Assembly (NCBI GenBank): GCA_963774265.1
Contig: CAVZDU010000006.1
Location: 64,001 to 128,000 of the forward strand
Length of the DNA: 64,000 nt
From: an uncultured Chloroflexia bacterium
GTDB taxonomy: Bacteria; Chloroflexota; Anaerolineae; CG2-30-64-16
Reading direction: 5' to 3'
Both the position numbers and the translations under genes were made by a program. The stretch's first letter is position 1; each line of letters opens with the position of its first letter. Positions 27,610 through 39,525 of the stretch are shown here, piece by piece. Under the pieces are notes generated by a model, which saw only the letters and a program-made list of their open reading frames with translations, was not told where the DNA came from and ran no database searches.

Positions 27610-30600
27610 CTATCGTCGTATCAGCGGCAGATAGAGAAAAGCCTCGACGTCCAAAGTGGCTGACGCGGTGTTGTTGGTCTGCTCGATCTCCGCGGTATCG
27701 CTGGCGATGGCGGCAACGGTCGTCAGCGTCGTGCCGAGTGCGACAGACGGCGCTACTTGCAGGGTGGCCAGGATCGTAGCCGGGCCGCTCTGGCCGGCCA
27801 GGTCGCCCACATCCCAACGCAGATCGGGTGTCGTGGCCGCGGGTGGCGGGTCCGCGCTGATGAGCGCCAGCCCGGGCGGCAGTTGCAGGGTGACGCGGCC
27901 GGCGCTAGCGGCCACGCCGCCCCGGTTGCCGTAAGTGACCACCCTGACGATCTGCTGCCCCGGCAGGGCCTGGCCCGGGCCGGATTGGCTCACCCAGGCG
28001 TCGGGGTGCGCGGAACCCACCGTCACCTCGTCGAGGGTTACCCAGGCGTGCGCGGCGCCGCCCGCGTCGATGAGCCTAAAACGCAAGGTAACGCTGCGGC
28101 CCGCCCACGGCGTCAGGTCGGCCCAGGCGTGCGTCCACGCATCGGCACCTGTGTTCGCCGAAAACACCACAGTCGGGGAGACGCCGTTGTCCACGACCGC
28201 CTCCAGGCGGCTGTTCGAGGAAGACTCGGCGCCGAAGCGGTGAAGGAACGACAGGGTCGGCGCAGACGCTGCAGGGGGAATCTGCAGGGCTTGTGACAGG
28301 ATCGCCTCCCCTGCAGCGGATGCCGGCGCGGGACCGGCGACCATCACAGTCCAGGTCTGGCCACTCTGTGACACCCACAGGGCGTGGGGTTTTCCGGCGC
28401 CATCGAGCAGAAGCTGCGGCTCCAGCTGGCTGTATGGGCCCTGATAGACGTCAACGGGAAGTGACCAGCCGCCGGCGGGCCCCCTTGCAGCATGGCGGAC
28501 CAGCGAAGCCAGAGAGTTGGCTTGATTCAACTCGCTCCAAAGCACATGAACGGCAAGGTCGTCGCTCACGGCAATGGCTGGCAGCGCGTAGTATGAAGAC
28601 TGTGTACTGGGCGGGGCAAGCCCGACAGGCACGGACCAGGCCCCGTTTACACGCGCGGCGTAACGCATCTGCAGCGCGGACCATGCGGCGTTCCAGACCA
28701 GGTGCACGCCACCCAGCCTGTCCACGGACATTGCGATTTCCCAGCCCCCGCGTGACTCAGTCGGTTTCTCCGTCGAAGTCCAGGACCCTCCGGAAGGCCA
28801 CTGGCGGTACGACACGCCCTCATGGTCAATCCACGCGACGTGGATCGTGCCCTGCGAATCGACGATCAGGTCCGCGTCATTGAAGTTACCCTGCGAGAGA
28901 TTCACGGCCGGCAGCCACACGCCATCCGTCTCGGCCGCATAGAAGAGGTTTGCGTTACCGGTGTCATCTCTACTGCGCCACAGCACATGGGCTCGCCCCG
29001 CGGGATCGGTGGCGATCCGGGTCCAGTTGTCGGTGTCATCGGCAGAAAGCTTTAACTGGGCAGTCCACATACCGCTCGGGTCGCGCTGGCTGAAATACGG
29101 GGGATAGATTCGATTGTATGGGCCCCACTCCTCGACCGACCAGACCACCTTGACCACGCCTCCGGCGCCCATCGCCAGTCCTGCCCCGCTCCCGGCCGCC
29201 TCGGTCCCAGGGATTCTTTCTGAAGCCGACCATCCGGACCCCGCAGGTTTGCGGCTGTAATACAGGCCGCGGGCGCCGCCTCCGAAAGCCACAAGACGTG
29301 GAGGGTTCCCGCGTCATCTATCAGCAGTCGGGGCTGGTCGCCGGCCGGGTCGGGGAGCGGCTCGGGAACGGCCCACGACCCCGCGGGCGGCTTGCTGGCG
29401 GCCATGACGTGGCCGTCTGGCCCGATCCAAATCGCGTGCATGACTCCCGCATAGTCGATAGCGAAGTCCGTGAAGGCGGACATCGCCGGGCTGGCCAGGG
29501 TTGTCGCGGGTCCAAACTGGCTGGATACGGCCCCCAGCACGGCCGCGGAAGCGCCGGAATGTTTGACGGTATTGGTGATGGTTGCGGTCAGGCTCCCGGC
29601 AGACTGCCACGAGTCACTGCCGCTCTCGAAACCCCAGTTTTGTACGACGTTGTCCGCGGGCGGCAGCACCAGGTCCACGGCCGCATCCTCGCCCCCGCGG
29701 AAGGCCGTAGAGGGCAGACTGCCATAACCAGCCTTGCTCCAATCGACGGTGTAGGCATCCGCCACGTCGACCACGTAGGCGGCGTAGACGCCGGCCGCAT
29801 CGCTGGACGCGGCATGCAACGACGCAGGCGCGGTTGTCACCGCCATCCCCGTCACCGGCGCGCCCCGGTTGTCCGTGGCATTCCCCGCGACCGCCCAGGT
29901 GTAAATCATGGTTGTGGCGTCCACGCCGCTTGCGGGCCAGGACTCCTCGTTCCCCGCGTGATCGATGCCGCGCACCCTAAAGCTGCATTGCCTGCCGGCC
30001 CATTCGCTGAAGAGCGCGGAGGTATCGGTTTCTCCCAGAGACCAGTACGTCCAGGCGCCGTTGTCCACGCGGAACTGCACCTCGTAACGTTGAATGCCCG
30101 AACCCCCCGGGTCGCTGCCACTCCAACGGACCGGAATGGGGCTGCGACTGTAGGGCGGCAGGGGCTCGATCGCGGTCTCAGGCGGGAGCGCCTCGACCGT
30201 TGTCCGGGCATCGTAGTCTGCCGGCCAGGCTTCGACATTGCCGGCATTGTCCCTGGCGCGCGACCGGAAGTAGTAGGTGCGTCCCCCGGCGCCCGGATAC
30301 GACGCTGATCGGTCGGGGGTTGCGATCTGCCAGTCCATCCACGCGCCGCCTGAGCCGACCCTGACCTGGACGTCGAAGCTGGCGACACCCGCCGGGCCGA
30401 CATCCGTTCCGGACCAGCTCACAGTGAACGGTCCGGGCGACTGGGCCGGCAGCGGCTGCACGCTGGATGTTGGCGGTTGCAGCTCGGTTGGCTGCCAGTC
30501 AGGGTGCCAGTCACTGCCGTTCGAGCTCAAGCGCACGACACTGCCCGGATCGGTGCGATCCCAGGCATCCAGGTGCCCTGTCGTCCAGTACCAGCTGCCG

Positions 30601-31550
30601 CCCTGCTGGACGAATGAGACACGGGTGAACGCAACATAGCGTCCGTCCGGCGACCAGCTCCGGACCCAGGCGTCGGTGGTGGCTTCCGGCGGCTTGTAGA
30701 CCTGGCGCTGGTTGCCGCCCGCCGCATCCATCAGCCAGATCTCCTGCCAGTTGTCGCCATCGCCGTCCGCGTCATAGGCGATCAGAGTGCCATCGGGCGA
30801 CCACGCCGGGTATTCGCTGTTGGTTTGATTGGAAAGCTGCCGCGCACCGCTCCCGTCCGCATTCATCACCCAGATGCGATACTCGTCCCCGCTCCGCCGC
30901 GTGAACGCGATCTGCGAGCCGTCAGGCGACCAGGCCGGCTCACCATCGTAGTCGTCATGGTAGGTCAGCCGCGTCTGGCCGCTGCCGTCCGCATTCATCA
31001 CATAGATCTCCGCCTGACCGTCGCGGTACGACTGGAACGCGATCCGGCCCCCATCCCAGGACCAGGCCGGATAGGTGTCATTGGCGCCGTCGTCCGTATA
31101 CCGGGTCAAGCCGCTGCCGTCCGCATTCATCACGTAGATCTCGTAGTTGCCGGCGCGATTGGACGCGAAGACCACGCGCGTGGCCCCCCGGTTCAGCCGT
31201 GGATGAATATCCATGCTTTCGTGGTTGGAGATGTTGACCTGCTCCGCACCGTCTCCGCGGGCGCCGTAGATCTCCCAGTCATGCTGGTTGCGGGCCGACT
31301 GGAAGACCAGCCGGGTCCAGGCCGCGAACTCCGGCGCCAGCGGCGCCCGCGCCGCGTCCGGCGCACCGGCGGCCTCCCCTGCCGGCAGCCACGTGGCTGC
31401 GGGCAGGCCATCGTATGACAGCCGGCCGGCGGGCGGCGGTGGCTCCTGGCGGGCCAGGGCCGTCGCGGGCGAGAAGCTGCCGCACAGCAGGCCGGTCGTG
31501 AGGACGAAGATCAGTGGGATAGCGTAACGCCTGGAGAGCCGGGTGAACAC
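27610..31550 (-). CDS. Large secreted protein: TolB/PD40 beta-propeller, two FN3-like domains, second propeller-like repeat region, DUF11-like domain, C-terminal YLPLIRR; frameshift near 29295
   Basis: Signal-peptide-like N-terminus; EIYVMNADGSG and PAWSPDG repeats; YYFRSRARDNAGNVE; GxxHxxW repeats; ends FLYLPLIRR. Confidence 0.8.
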
Positions 31551-31636
31551 TGCTCACCTCCTGGATGGGTGGGAAGTGGGATGCAGCAATGCGGTGCAGA
31601 CAGCGATGGAACGGCAATGAGTGGTGCGGCGCGTTC

Positions 31637-31665
31637 ATCGTATCGCGAACGCGAACCCATGTCAA
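31637..31665 (-). promoter_or_regulatory. Near-consensus sigma70 promoter
   Basis: Minus strand TTGACA (31665-31660), 17 nt, TACGAT (31642-31637), upstream of the gene starting at 31550. Confidence 0.65.
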
Positions 31666-31731
31666 TAGGGCGGATCGGAGGATTGCGGCCGGCCCTGTGG
31701 TGGTGCACCCGGGTGGGCGGGCCCACCGGGA

Positions 31732-31875
31732 TCAAGCTCCCAGGGCAAACGGCTTGCGATAGATGGCGCCGCTGAGCACCGGGCGGAAGCCGCAGCGCTC
31801 GTAGAGGCGCAGCGCACCGGAGATGTTCTCGATGTGCACGCCCAGCGCCGCCTCGGTCATGCCCTGCTCCTTGCT
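31732..31875 (-). pseudogene. C-terminal remnant of a GNAT acetyltransferase
   Basis: KEQGMTEAALGVHIENISGALRLYERCGF matches GNAT motif B; no room for the N-terminal part upstream. Confidence 0.65.
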
Positions 31876-31955
31876 CGTCGCCATACAACCAGGCGACACG
31901 CTGACCCATTGTGATGCGTATCGCCTGGTAGAGGGCTCAGCGGCAACCAAGCCCC

Positions 31956-32858
31956 TTACGCCGGCTTCAGCGCAGCGCAGAACCGCGTGAGCAGATCACG
32001 GAGTTCCTCTACCTCGGCGTCGGTCAGCCAGTCCCAGGCTGCATAGAAATAGCGGTTAGTGGCCGCCTCGGCCTCCTGCCGGAGAACGTCGCCGCGGCCG
32101 GTCACCGAGTAGCGCCCCTGGTTCTCCGTAACCCACCCTCGGCCGATCAGGTCCTGCAGGGCCAGGGCATAATCCTCGCGCGCGTAGCCCCGGCGCGCCA
32201 TCATGGCGCACAATTCGTCGAGGGTCTGCGCCGCGCCCTGCCACACCAGGGTGAACGCCTCCCACTCTTGGCCGCTGACCCCATAGGGCCGCCAGGATGC
32301 CAGGTGGGCATCGTCGCGATAGGCGCCCAGATCACTGAGATACTGATCGAGGCGCACCATCACCGGCGCCTTCACCCCGGGATCGAAATGGCGGGCGATG
32401 CGCAGGCACCATTTGCCCGGCGACTCGGGCGCGGCCAGGATGGCTTCGACCAGCCGGTCGAGCAGGTCGGCCAGGCGCTGCAGGTCAGCCTCGGGCAGGG
32501 GGCGCAGAGGGGCCATCGCAGCGTAGGCCGTTTCCACGAGATGCCGAACCCCCGCGCGGCCCGCACCAGTCAGGTGGTAGTCCCCAGCCCCGACGGGCTC
32601 CAAAAAACCCAGGTGGACCCCCTTTGCCAGGTTGGCCTCCAACCTGGCCGGAGCCGTGTACGCTGAACGAACCTGCAGCCGCCGCGCGGAAACGGGGTCG
32701 GGTTCGAAGACGCGTGCCGCCATAAGCCACCCATACCACTCGCCGAGCGGGATGCCCAGCTCTGCCGCCGCCCGGTCGATTGCCGGACCGTAATGGGCCG
32801 TGAGCGCGCCCCAGGCTTGCCAAATCAGGGGCCACAGATCGAGGTCTTTCATTTGCAC
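31956..32858 (-). CDS. Hypothetical protein with two winged-helix (MarR-like) repeats
   Basis: Two GFLEP..GDYHLTGAG / GWVTE..GRYSVTGRG wing-like segments, each followed by L..A....L..LL.R. Confidence 0.6.
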   Translation of the reverse strand: MQMKDLDLWPLIWQAWGALTAHYGPAIDRAAAELGIPLGEWYGWLMAARVFEPDPVSARRLQVRSAYTAPARLEANLAKGVHLGFLEPVGAGDYHLTGAGRAGVRHLVETAYAAMAPLRPLPEADLQRLADLLDRLVEAILAAPESPGKWCLRIARHFDPGVKAPVMVRLDQYLSDLGAYRDDAHLASWRPYGVSGQEWEAFTLVWQGAAQTLDELCAMMARRGYAREDYALALQDLIGRGWVTENQGRYSVTGRGDVLRQEAEAATNRYFYAAWDWLTDAEVEELRDLLTRFCAALKPA

Positions 32859-32931
32859 CCTCCATCGCGATGCAATTCAGATGTTACGAGGCCAGCCACA
32901 CGCGTGGCACTCCAAGCATATCATAGCGCCA

Positions 32932-34292
32932 TCAATTACGCATACTCATCACCGTCGAAGGCAGCCGGCCCCCTCGGCGCATGAAGTCGCGGGCCGAGAA
33001 GGGGTTGACCCGCATCACCGGCGCGCTGCCCAGCAGGCCGCCGAACGCCACCAGGTCGCCCGCGACCGCGTCCCGGCGCTGGGATCACCCGGACGGCGGT
33101 GGTCTTGTCGTTGATGATGCCGATGGCCAGCTCGTCGGCGATGATCGCGGCGATGGTCTCCTCAGGCGTGTCGCCGGGGATGGCGAACATATCCAGCCCC
33201 ACGGAGCAGACCGCTGTCAGCGCCTCCAGCTTGTCCAGGCTCAGCGCGCCCCGCAGCACCGCGTCGATCATCCCCGCGTCCTCGCTCACCGGGATGAAAG
33301 TGCCGCTCAGACCGCCTACGTTGCCGCTGGCCATCGCACCGCCCTTTTTCACCGCGTCCATCAACAGCGCGATCGCCAGGGTCGAACCGTGCGCGCCGAT
33401 GTGCTCGATGCCGAACGCCTCGACGACGTTGGCGACGGAATCGCCCGCGGCCGTGGTGGACGCCAGCGAGATGTCCACGATGCCGAACGGGACGTCCAGG
33501 TTGCGCGCCAGCTCGCGGCCGATCAGCTCGCCCGCGCGGGTGATCTTGAACACCGTGCGCTTGATGACCTCGGAAAGCTGCGTCAGGTCGCAGTCGCGGT
33601 TCTTCTCCACCACGCTGCGCACCACGCCGGGGCCGCTGATGCCGACGTTCAGCGTGACGTCCGGCTCGCCCACGCCGTGGTACGCGCCGGCCATGAAGGG
33701 ATTGTCCTCGGGCGCGTTGACGAAGACCACGAACTTGGCGCAGCCGATGGCATCCGGCGTGCGCCGGCTGGTCTCCTGCAGCATCGGCCCCAGCAGGTTG
33801 ACCGCGTCCAGGTTCAGCCCGGCGTGCGTCGAGCCGACGTTGAGGAACGCGCACACCCGCTCGGTCGCGGCCAGCACTGCGGGCAGCGCCTCGATCAGCA
33901 CCGCGTCGGAGCGGGTCAGGCCCTTCTGCACCAGCGCGCCGAACCCACCGATGAAGTCGATCCCCGCGTCGCGGGCGGCGCGGTCGAGCGTCTGCGCCAT
34001 CGCCAGGTACTTCTCGGGCGTCGGCGTGCGTCTCCATGATCAGGCTGACGGGCGTGACCGAGATGCGCTTGTTGACGATGGGGATGCCGTACTTCACCTC
34101 CAGCGGCCGCGCCTGCTCGATCAGCGCCCGGGCGTAGCCATTGACCTTCCGGTAGACCTTCTCCTGGAACGCGGCGAAATCCGAGTCGATGCAGTCCTTG
34201 AGGTTGACCCCCAGCGTCGTCGTCCGGATGTCCAGGTTCTGGTGCAGCGTCATGTTGGCGGTTTCGAAGAGTTCTTCGACGTCGAATCTCAT
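32932..34292 (-). CDS. PFL-superfamily DUF711/UPF0210 protein; frameshifts near 34020 and 33070
   Basis: [81 protein letters not shown]. Confidence 0.9.
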
Positions 34293-34294
34293 GG

Positions 34295-34575
34295 CTATAT
34301 CCTGTGCATCATCTTGAACACGTTCTGGTGCTGGATCTGGATGCGCATCGCCATCTCATCGCCCAGCTGCCTGCAGCGCGGCGCTGAGGGATTCCAGGTC
34401 GCGGTTGGCCTCAGCGCATGTCGACCGCCATCGTCATCACGAAGTAGCCTTCCATGATGCCCTGGCTGATGTCCTCGATGTTGACGTTGCACTCGTATAA
34501 CAGGCCGGAGATTCGGGCGACGATCCCCTTCTTGTCCTGGCCGATCACGGTGATGAAGAGCAGTTCTTTGTCCAT
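34295..34575 (-). CDS. ACT-domain protein (UPF0237-like partner of DUF711); frameshifts
   Basis: ITVIGQDKKGIVARIS..L...NVNIEDISQ.IMEGYFVMTMAVD and IQIQHQNVFKMMHRI. Confidence 0.85.
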
Positions 34576-34704
34576 CGGGTGTTGCCTTCTCCTGCAAACA
34601 AAATAAGCCGGCAACAGGTCAGGCGACCGTGCCGGCTACGCTGGTGGGTAGTATAGCAGCGACCGTCAGCTTGGGCAATCTCGCCTATCCGGAGGATACA
34701 GCGA

Positions 34705-36144
34705 GTAACTGTTCAGCGTTACCCTTGACAGGGTGTGGCATGATTACGACATGACCGGGGATGAAGCGCAAGCCTTTGGGTATTTGCGAGCGGAGAATGC
34801 GGCGTTGCGGCAGCAGTTGGCGCTAGCTGTGGCGCGGATTATCGAGCTAGAGGCGCAACTGAACCAGCGCGGTGAGCCGCCGCCGTTCGTGAAGCCGAAC
34901 CGGCCGCAGCCGACGGAGCCCAAGGGGCCGCGGAAAAAGCGGGCGGCGGCGCACAACACGTCCCGGAAGCGGTCGCAGCCGACGCGGATTGAGCGGCACG
35001 TGCTGGAGCATTGTCCGGACTGCGGCTATCGCTTGCGCGGCGAGAGCATCGCCTACACCCGGGAAGTGATCGAGTTACCGCCGCCCCAGCCGGTGGACGT
35101 GATCGAGCATCAGGTGCTCAAGCGCTGGTGTCCACATTGCGCGACGTGGCACAGCCCGAAGTTGGCTCTGGGCGGTCAAGTGATTGGGCACGGGCGGATC
35201 GGGGTGCGGGTGGCGAGTTTGGTGAGCTATTTGCGCACGACGTTACGGCTGCCGTTTCGTTTGATTCAGAGCTATCTGGCGACGCTGCACCACTTGCAGT
35301 TGAGTGTCGGGGAGATCGTGGAACTGACCCATGCCGTGCGCCAGCAGTTGCAGCCGCAGGCCGATCAGCTCAAGGTGGCGCTGCAGACCAGCACGGTGAC
35401 GCATGGGGATGAAACGGGTTGGCGGGAGGCCGGTCAGAACGGCTACGCCTGGGCCTTTGTGACCGCTGGGCCCGCCGCGGTGCGCTACTTCGAGTTTGCG
35501 CACAGCCGGGGTCATCTGATTGCCCAGCGCATTTTGGGCGCTGACTGGCGGGGTTGGTTGGTGACCGACTTCTATGCGGCTTACAATCTGATCCCCGGGC
35601 GCCATCAACGCTGCTGGGTGCATCTGCTGCGCGATCTCCACGACCTCAAACAGGCGCAGGCGGATAACCTGACAGTCGTACAATGGGCGACCGACGTGCG
35701 CCAGCTCTACGACGAGGCCCAGGCCTGGCTCGCAGCACACCCAGCACCGCCGCTGGCGGAACGGCGCACTGCGTACGCCGACCTTTTCACCCGGGCCTGT
35801 CGCTTGGGCGAGCAGTATGCCCTGACCTATGCGCATCCGTGTTGCACCCTGGCCAAACGTTTGCTGCGCCACCAGGACGAGTTGTTCCAGTTCATCTTGG
35901 TGCCCGGGTTACCAGCCGACAATAATCTGGCCGAGCGCAGCATTCGGCCGTTGGTCATCATGCGCAAGATCAGCGGCGGCTCCCGCAGTGAGGAGGGCAC
36001 GAAAACGCGCTTGACCTTGGCCAGCTTGCTCCATACTTGGGCCGCCCGCAACCTCAATCCGTTTCTGGAATGCTATGCGGCCCTCCGGCAACCGACCGCC
36101 ACCGCACCTCCATAAACTTCCTTACCCGAACGGTGAACACTTAC
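34705..36144 (+). mobile_element. IS66-family insertion sequence, single-ORF (ISBst12-like) type, 1440 bp
   Basis: TIRs GTAACTGTTCAGCGTT / GTAAGTGTTCACCGTT (14/16 identical); perfect 8-bp TSD TACAGCGA at 34697-34704 and 36145-36152. Confidence 0.93.
34733..36115 (+). CDS. IS66 DDE transposase (TnpC)
   Basis: Coiled coil, CPDCG..CPHC zinc finger, HGDETGW, LVTDFYAAY, QRCWVHLLR, DNNLAERSIR. Confidence 0.93.
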   Translation: MWHDYDMTGDEAQAFGYLRAENAALRQQLALAVARIIELEAQLNQRGEPPPFVKPNRPQPTEPKGPRKKRAAAHNTSRKRSQPTRIERHVLEHCPDCGYRLRGESIAYTREVIELPPPQPVDVIEHQVLKRWCPHCATWHSPKLALGGQVIGHGRIGVRVASLVSYLRTTLRLPFRLIQSYLATLHHLQLSVGEIVELTHAVRQQLQPQADQLKVALQTSTVTHGDETGWREAGQNGYAWAFVTAGPAAVRYFEFAHSRGHLIAQRILGADWRGWLVTDFYAAYNLIPGRHQRCWVHLLRDLHDLKQAQADNLTVVQWATDVRQLYDEAQAWLAAHPAPPLAERRTAYADLFTRACRLGEQYALTYAHPCCTLAKRLLRHQDELFQFILVPGLPADNNLAERSIRPLVIMRKISGGSRSEEGTKTRLTLASLLHTWAARNLNPFLECYAALRQPTATAPP

Positions 36145-36223
36145 TACAGCGAAAGGGTTATCACAGCGCATAGGCCTGTGGTAGAATACCGGAGATGGGC
36201 TGCCGCCCATCCCCGAGGCGCCC

Positions 36224-39045
36224 TTGATGACACCTTCCGTACGCAGGCGCAGCTCCGACCCCTGGCTCATCCCTGCGGCCCTGCTGCCTATCATACCGAT
36301 CGTGGCCTTGCTCCGACCCGGCGTCGCCGCCACCTCGGACGGCCTGGTGCACCTTCTGCGCACGCTCCAGGTGGCCGAATTGATGAGGTCAGGCGTCATC
36401 TATCCCCAATGGGCGCCGGACTTCTACTTCGGCTACGGCTATCCCTTCTTCCTCTTTTACGCGCCCGGCGCGCACATGCTGGCCGCCGACCTGGCGCTGC
36501 TCGGCCTGGGCGTGATCCGCGGCCTGGTCGCAGTCCAGGTGCTCAGCCTGTTCCTGGCCAGCATCGGCGCCTACCTCGCGGCCCGGAGCCTCTTCCGGGG
36601 AACGGCCAGCCCACACATCGTCTCGATGGCGGCCCTCGGCGCGGCGGCCCTCTACATCTTCACGCCGCTGCGCATCCGCGAGCTGTTCAGCCAGGGCAAC
36701 CTCTCCCAGTTGCTGGCGCTCAGCATCCTGCCCTGGTGCCTGTGGGCCCTGATCGCGACCGCCCGCGATTCGGGCGGCGCCCGCGGCCGCCGGTGGTGCG
36801 CCGTCGCGGGGGCCGGACTGCTGCTCGCGGCCCTGCTTTATGCCCATCACCCGTCCGCTTTTCTAGCGTTTCCGCTGCTCGGCGTGCTGGCCCTGGCCAT
36901 CGCCCTGCTGGAGGGTGCGGAGCGCAGGTGGCGCGCGGCCGGCATGGTCGCGGCTGCGTTCTTGCTCGCACTGCTGCTCAGCGCGCCGTTCGTCGTGCCG
37001 TGGGTGCTCGAATCGTCCTACGGCAGCCTGGGGCGCATGGAGACAGGACCGTTCAACGCTGCGCTGAACCTGGTCCCCTGGGACCAGCTCTTCGCGCCCG
37101 CGGCCACCCTGGATGCGGCCAGCATCAACTCGCCGCGGCCGTACACCCTGGGGCTATTCCAGGCCATTCTGGCTGCGCTTGGCATGGGGGCCGCGGTCGT
37201 GCTGCGCGGCCGCGGGCGCGTGCTCCTGGTGGTCGCGGCCCTATTGGCCGCCTGCCTCCTCCTCATGCTGCCCGTGGCCGGGCCGCTCTGGACCCGTCTC
37301 CCGCTTGCCAGGTTTATTGCGTTTCCATGGCGGCTCCTGGGGCCCGCGGGGCTGCTCGCCGCGCTCATCGGTGCGGCGCCCCTGCTGCTCCTGCCCGAAC
37401 GCGGCGCGCGGGCCGCGCTGCTCCTGGTCCTCCTGCTCGCGCCGCTCAGCGTCGGAGCCTATCTCTTCCCATCGTCATCCCTCTGGCGACCGGCGCCGGC
37501 CGGCGGCTTCACCCTGGCGGACATTGGGCGGTACGAGTCATCGGCCGGCGGCTCGCGCGGCACAGCCAGCGCGAACGAGTATCTGCCCCGGTGGGTTGAA
37601 AACCCGGACCCGCCCCCGGTGCTGCTGCAGGACTACGAGGCGGGCCGTGCCCCCGAACGGCTCGACACCACCGCGCTTCCCCGGGCAGCCAGGGTGAGAC
37701 GCTCAAGTCGGCGGCCCTCCGTAGCATCTATCGCCTGAATCTGACGCAACCCAGCCAGGTCATCATACGTTCTTTCTACTATCCGGGGTGGCGCGCGTGG
37801 ATCGACGGGCAGGATGCGGCCATCTCGCCCAGCTCGCCCTACGGGCTGATCACGGTCGCCGTGCCCGCGGGCGTGCACGAGCTGCGCGTGGCGTGGGGGA
37901 CGACCTGGCCGCGCACCGCGGGTTGGGTGCTGTTCGCTGTCGGGGTTGTGGGGGTGGCGGCAATGGGGCTTCTGTCCGCCAGGGACCGGCCCTTAACAGC
38001 CACAGAGGACACAGACAACACGGAGGGAGCGAAAGAACGCCGGTCCGGCCAGACTCAGGGTTCTCCGGACTCTCTGCGGCAAAATCCGGGTTCCGCCTGG
38101 CTGGCCACTGCTGTCATCCTGGTCGTGGCCGCGGTCAAAATCCTGTGGGTCGAGCCGCACACGGGGTGGTTCAGGCTGGAGTCGCCCGTGGATGCGCCGC
38201 GGAGCATGACCCACCCGCTGCACATCCCCTTCGCCAACGGGGTTGAGCTGCTCGGCTACGATCTGCCCCAGGACTCGGTCCGGCAAGGCGGACAACTGGC
38301 CGTGCGGCTCTATTGGCGGACGCACGAGGATCTGGGGGAAAACCTGGGCTCTTTCGTTCATCTCGTTTCGCCGGCAGGTGATGTGACCTGGGCGAATCTG
38401 ACCAAGGAGCACGCGGGCGACATGCCGTCGAGGAGCTGGCCTACCGGATTCTACGTGGTGGACGACTTCCGGTTGGACGTGCCGGAGAACACGCCACCGG
38501 TGCAGGCGACGATCAGGGTTGGCCTGATCGACACGGCCGGCCAGCGCGTACCGTTGGCCAACGGAGAGAACACCGTGGCCATCGGCCAGGTCGTCGTGAA
38601 GGACAGGCTTCGGCTTTTCGCGGTTCGACCCAACAGCGAGGACGCCTACCGCCTGGGCGAGCACATCAGCCTGGTCGGGTACAGCGCGGTGACCGAGACG
38701 GAAGACGGCGTCCGGCTGACGCTTTATTGGCGGACCGACGCCCGACTTCCTGTGGACTACTCAATATTTGCCCAGGTAATGGACCAGACAGAAGCAATGG
38801 TTGGACAGGCCGACGGTCCTGCTTGCGGAGGGGCTTGTCCGGCGACCAGCTGGACGCCCGACAGCATCATCGAGGACACCCGCGTGATCCCGCTGCCGGC
38901 AGGGGCGCGGATCGAGGGACGCCATGTCCTGGTGGGGATTTATGACCTGGCAACCGGAGAGCGCCTGCCCGTCCGAGACAGACGCGGAGCGGACCGCCCG
39001 GAACGGGCGATCCGCATTCCCGTGCTGGCTGGCTCAGGACCCTGA
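36224..39045 (+). CDS. Polytopic GT-C-like membrane glycosyltransferase (PTPS-related/YfhO-like) with extracellular Ig-like domains; frameshift near 37700
   Basis: DGLVHL.R, YPQWAPDFYFGYGYPFFLFYAP, FIAFPWRLL, NEYLP, YYPGW, LYW..FVHL..W..G..V.D repeats. Confidence 0.75.
37999..38080. repeat. Miniature inverted-repeat element with 9-bp-period arms, inside the CDS
   Basis: Left arm GCCACAGAG GACACAGAC AACACGGAG; right arm CTCAGGGTT CTCCGGACT CTCTGCGGC. Outer units match 8/9, inner 7/9, middle poorly. Confidence 0.55.
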
Positions 39046-39366
39046 CAGGATCCCGTGCTTGACGAGCCAGCTTCGCAGCTGCACGCGGGTGGCCTCGGTG
39101 ATCAGGCTGCCGCGATCGAGGCCCCGGGGGCTCTTGCCCGCGGCGAGCTCTGCCGGCGACTCGAAGGGTTCAACGCTCCCATCTTCTGCGACAATGACCG
39201 TCGGCACGCTCTCGAAGCCGACCCAACCGCGCAGCCGGGCCGCGGCTGCGCGGTCTTCCTTGATGTTGACGAAGGTCGCGGGCACACCCCATTCACTAAG
39301 GGCGCGTTGGGTGTCCGCGCTGCTGCCGCACCATGGCGACATGTAGACGACGACTTGCCTGGTCAT
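39034..39366 (-). CDS. Glutaredoxin-like (NrdH/mycoredoxin-type) protein, CxxS motif
   Basis: VVVYMSPWCGSS..T.RAL..WGV....VNI.ED; GFESVPTVIV; GGAGGAG RBS. Confidence 0.8.
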   Translation of the reverse strand: MTRQVVVYMSPWCGSSADTQRALSEWGVPATFVNIKEDRAAAARLRGWVGFESVPTVIVAEDGSVEPFESPAELAAGKSPRGLDRGSLITEATRVQLRSWLVKHGILSGS

Positions 39367-39525
39367 AGCTCCTCCGATGCACGAACTAAAAAGTAAGTTT
39401 GATTTTTTTGTCAACTGGTGTATACTGCCTCTGGCAGTATGCTCATGCAGTATGCATTGGTCGTAAGGCCTCCAAGGTTGTGCAAACCACGAAGGTCTGT
39501 CGGGAGACCCCCAAGGAGCGAAAGT

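Noticed and set aside
32932-34575. DUF711 protein as a glycyl-radical enzyme linked to the microcompartment
   Set aside because: It is the common ACT+DUF711 pair, about 9.5 kb from the locus, with no activase or encapsulation peptide.
39430-39525. c-di-GMP or c-di-AMP riboswitch before the LysM gene
   Set aside because: Only GCAAACC resembles the c-di-GMP-I consensus; the GGGACGCAAAGC and ydaO elements are absent. The short palindrome ATACTGCC-tct-GGCAGTAT is too weak to call.
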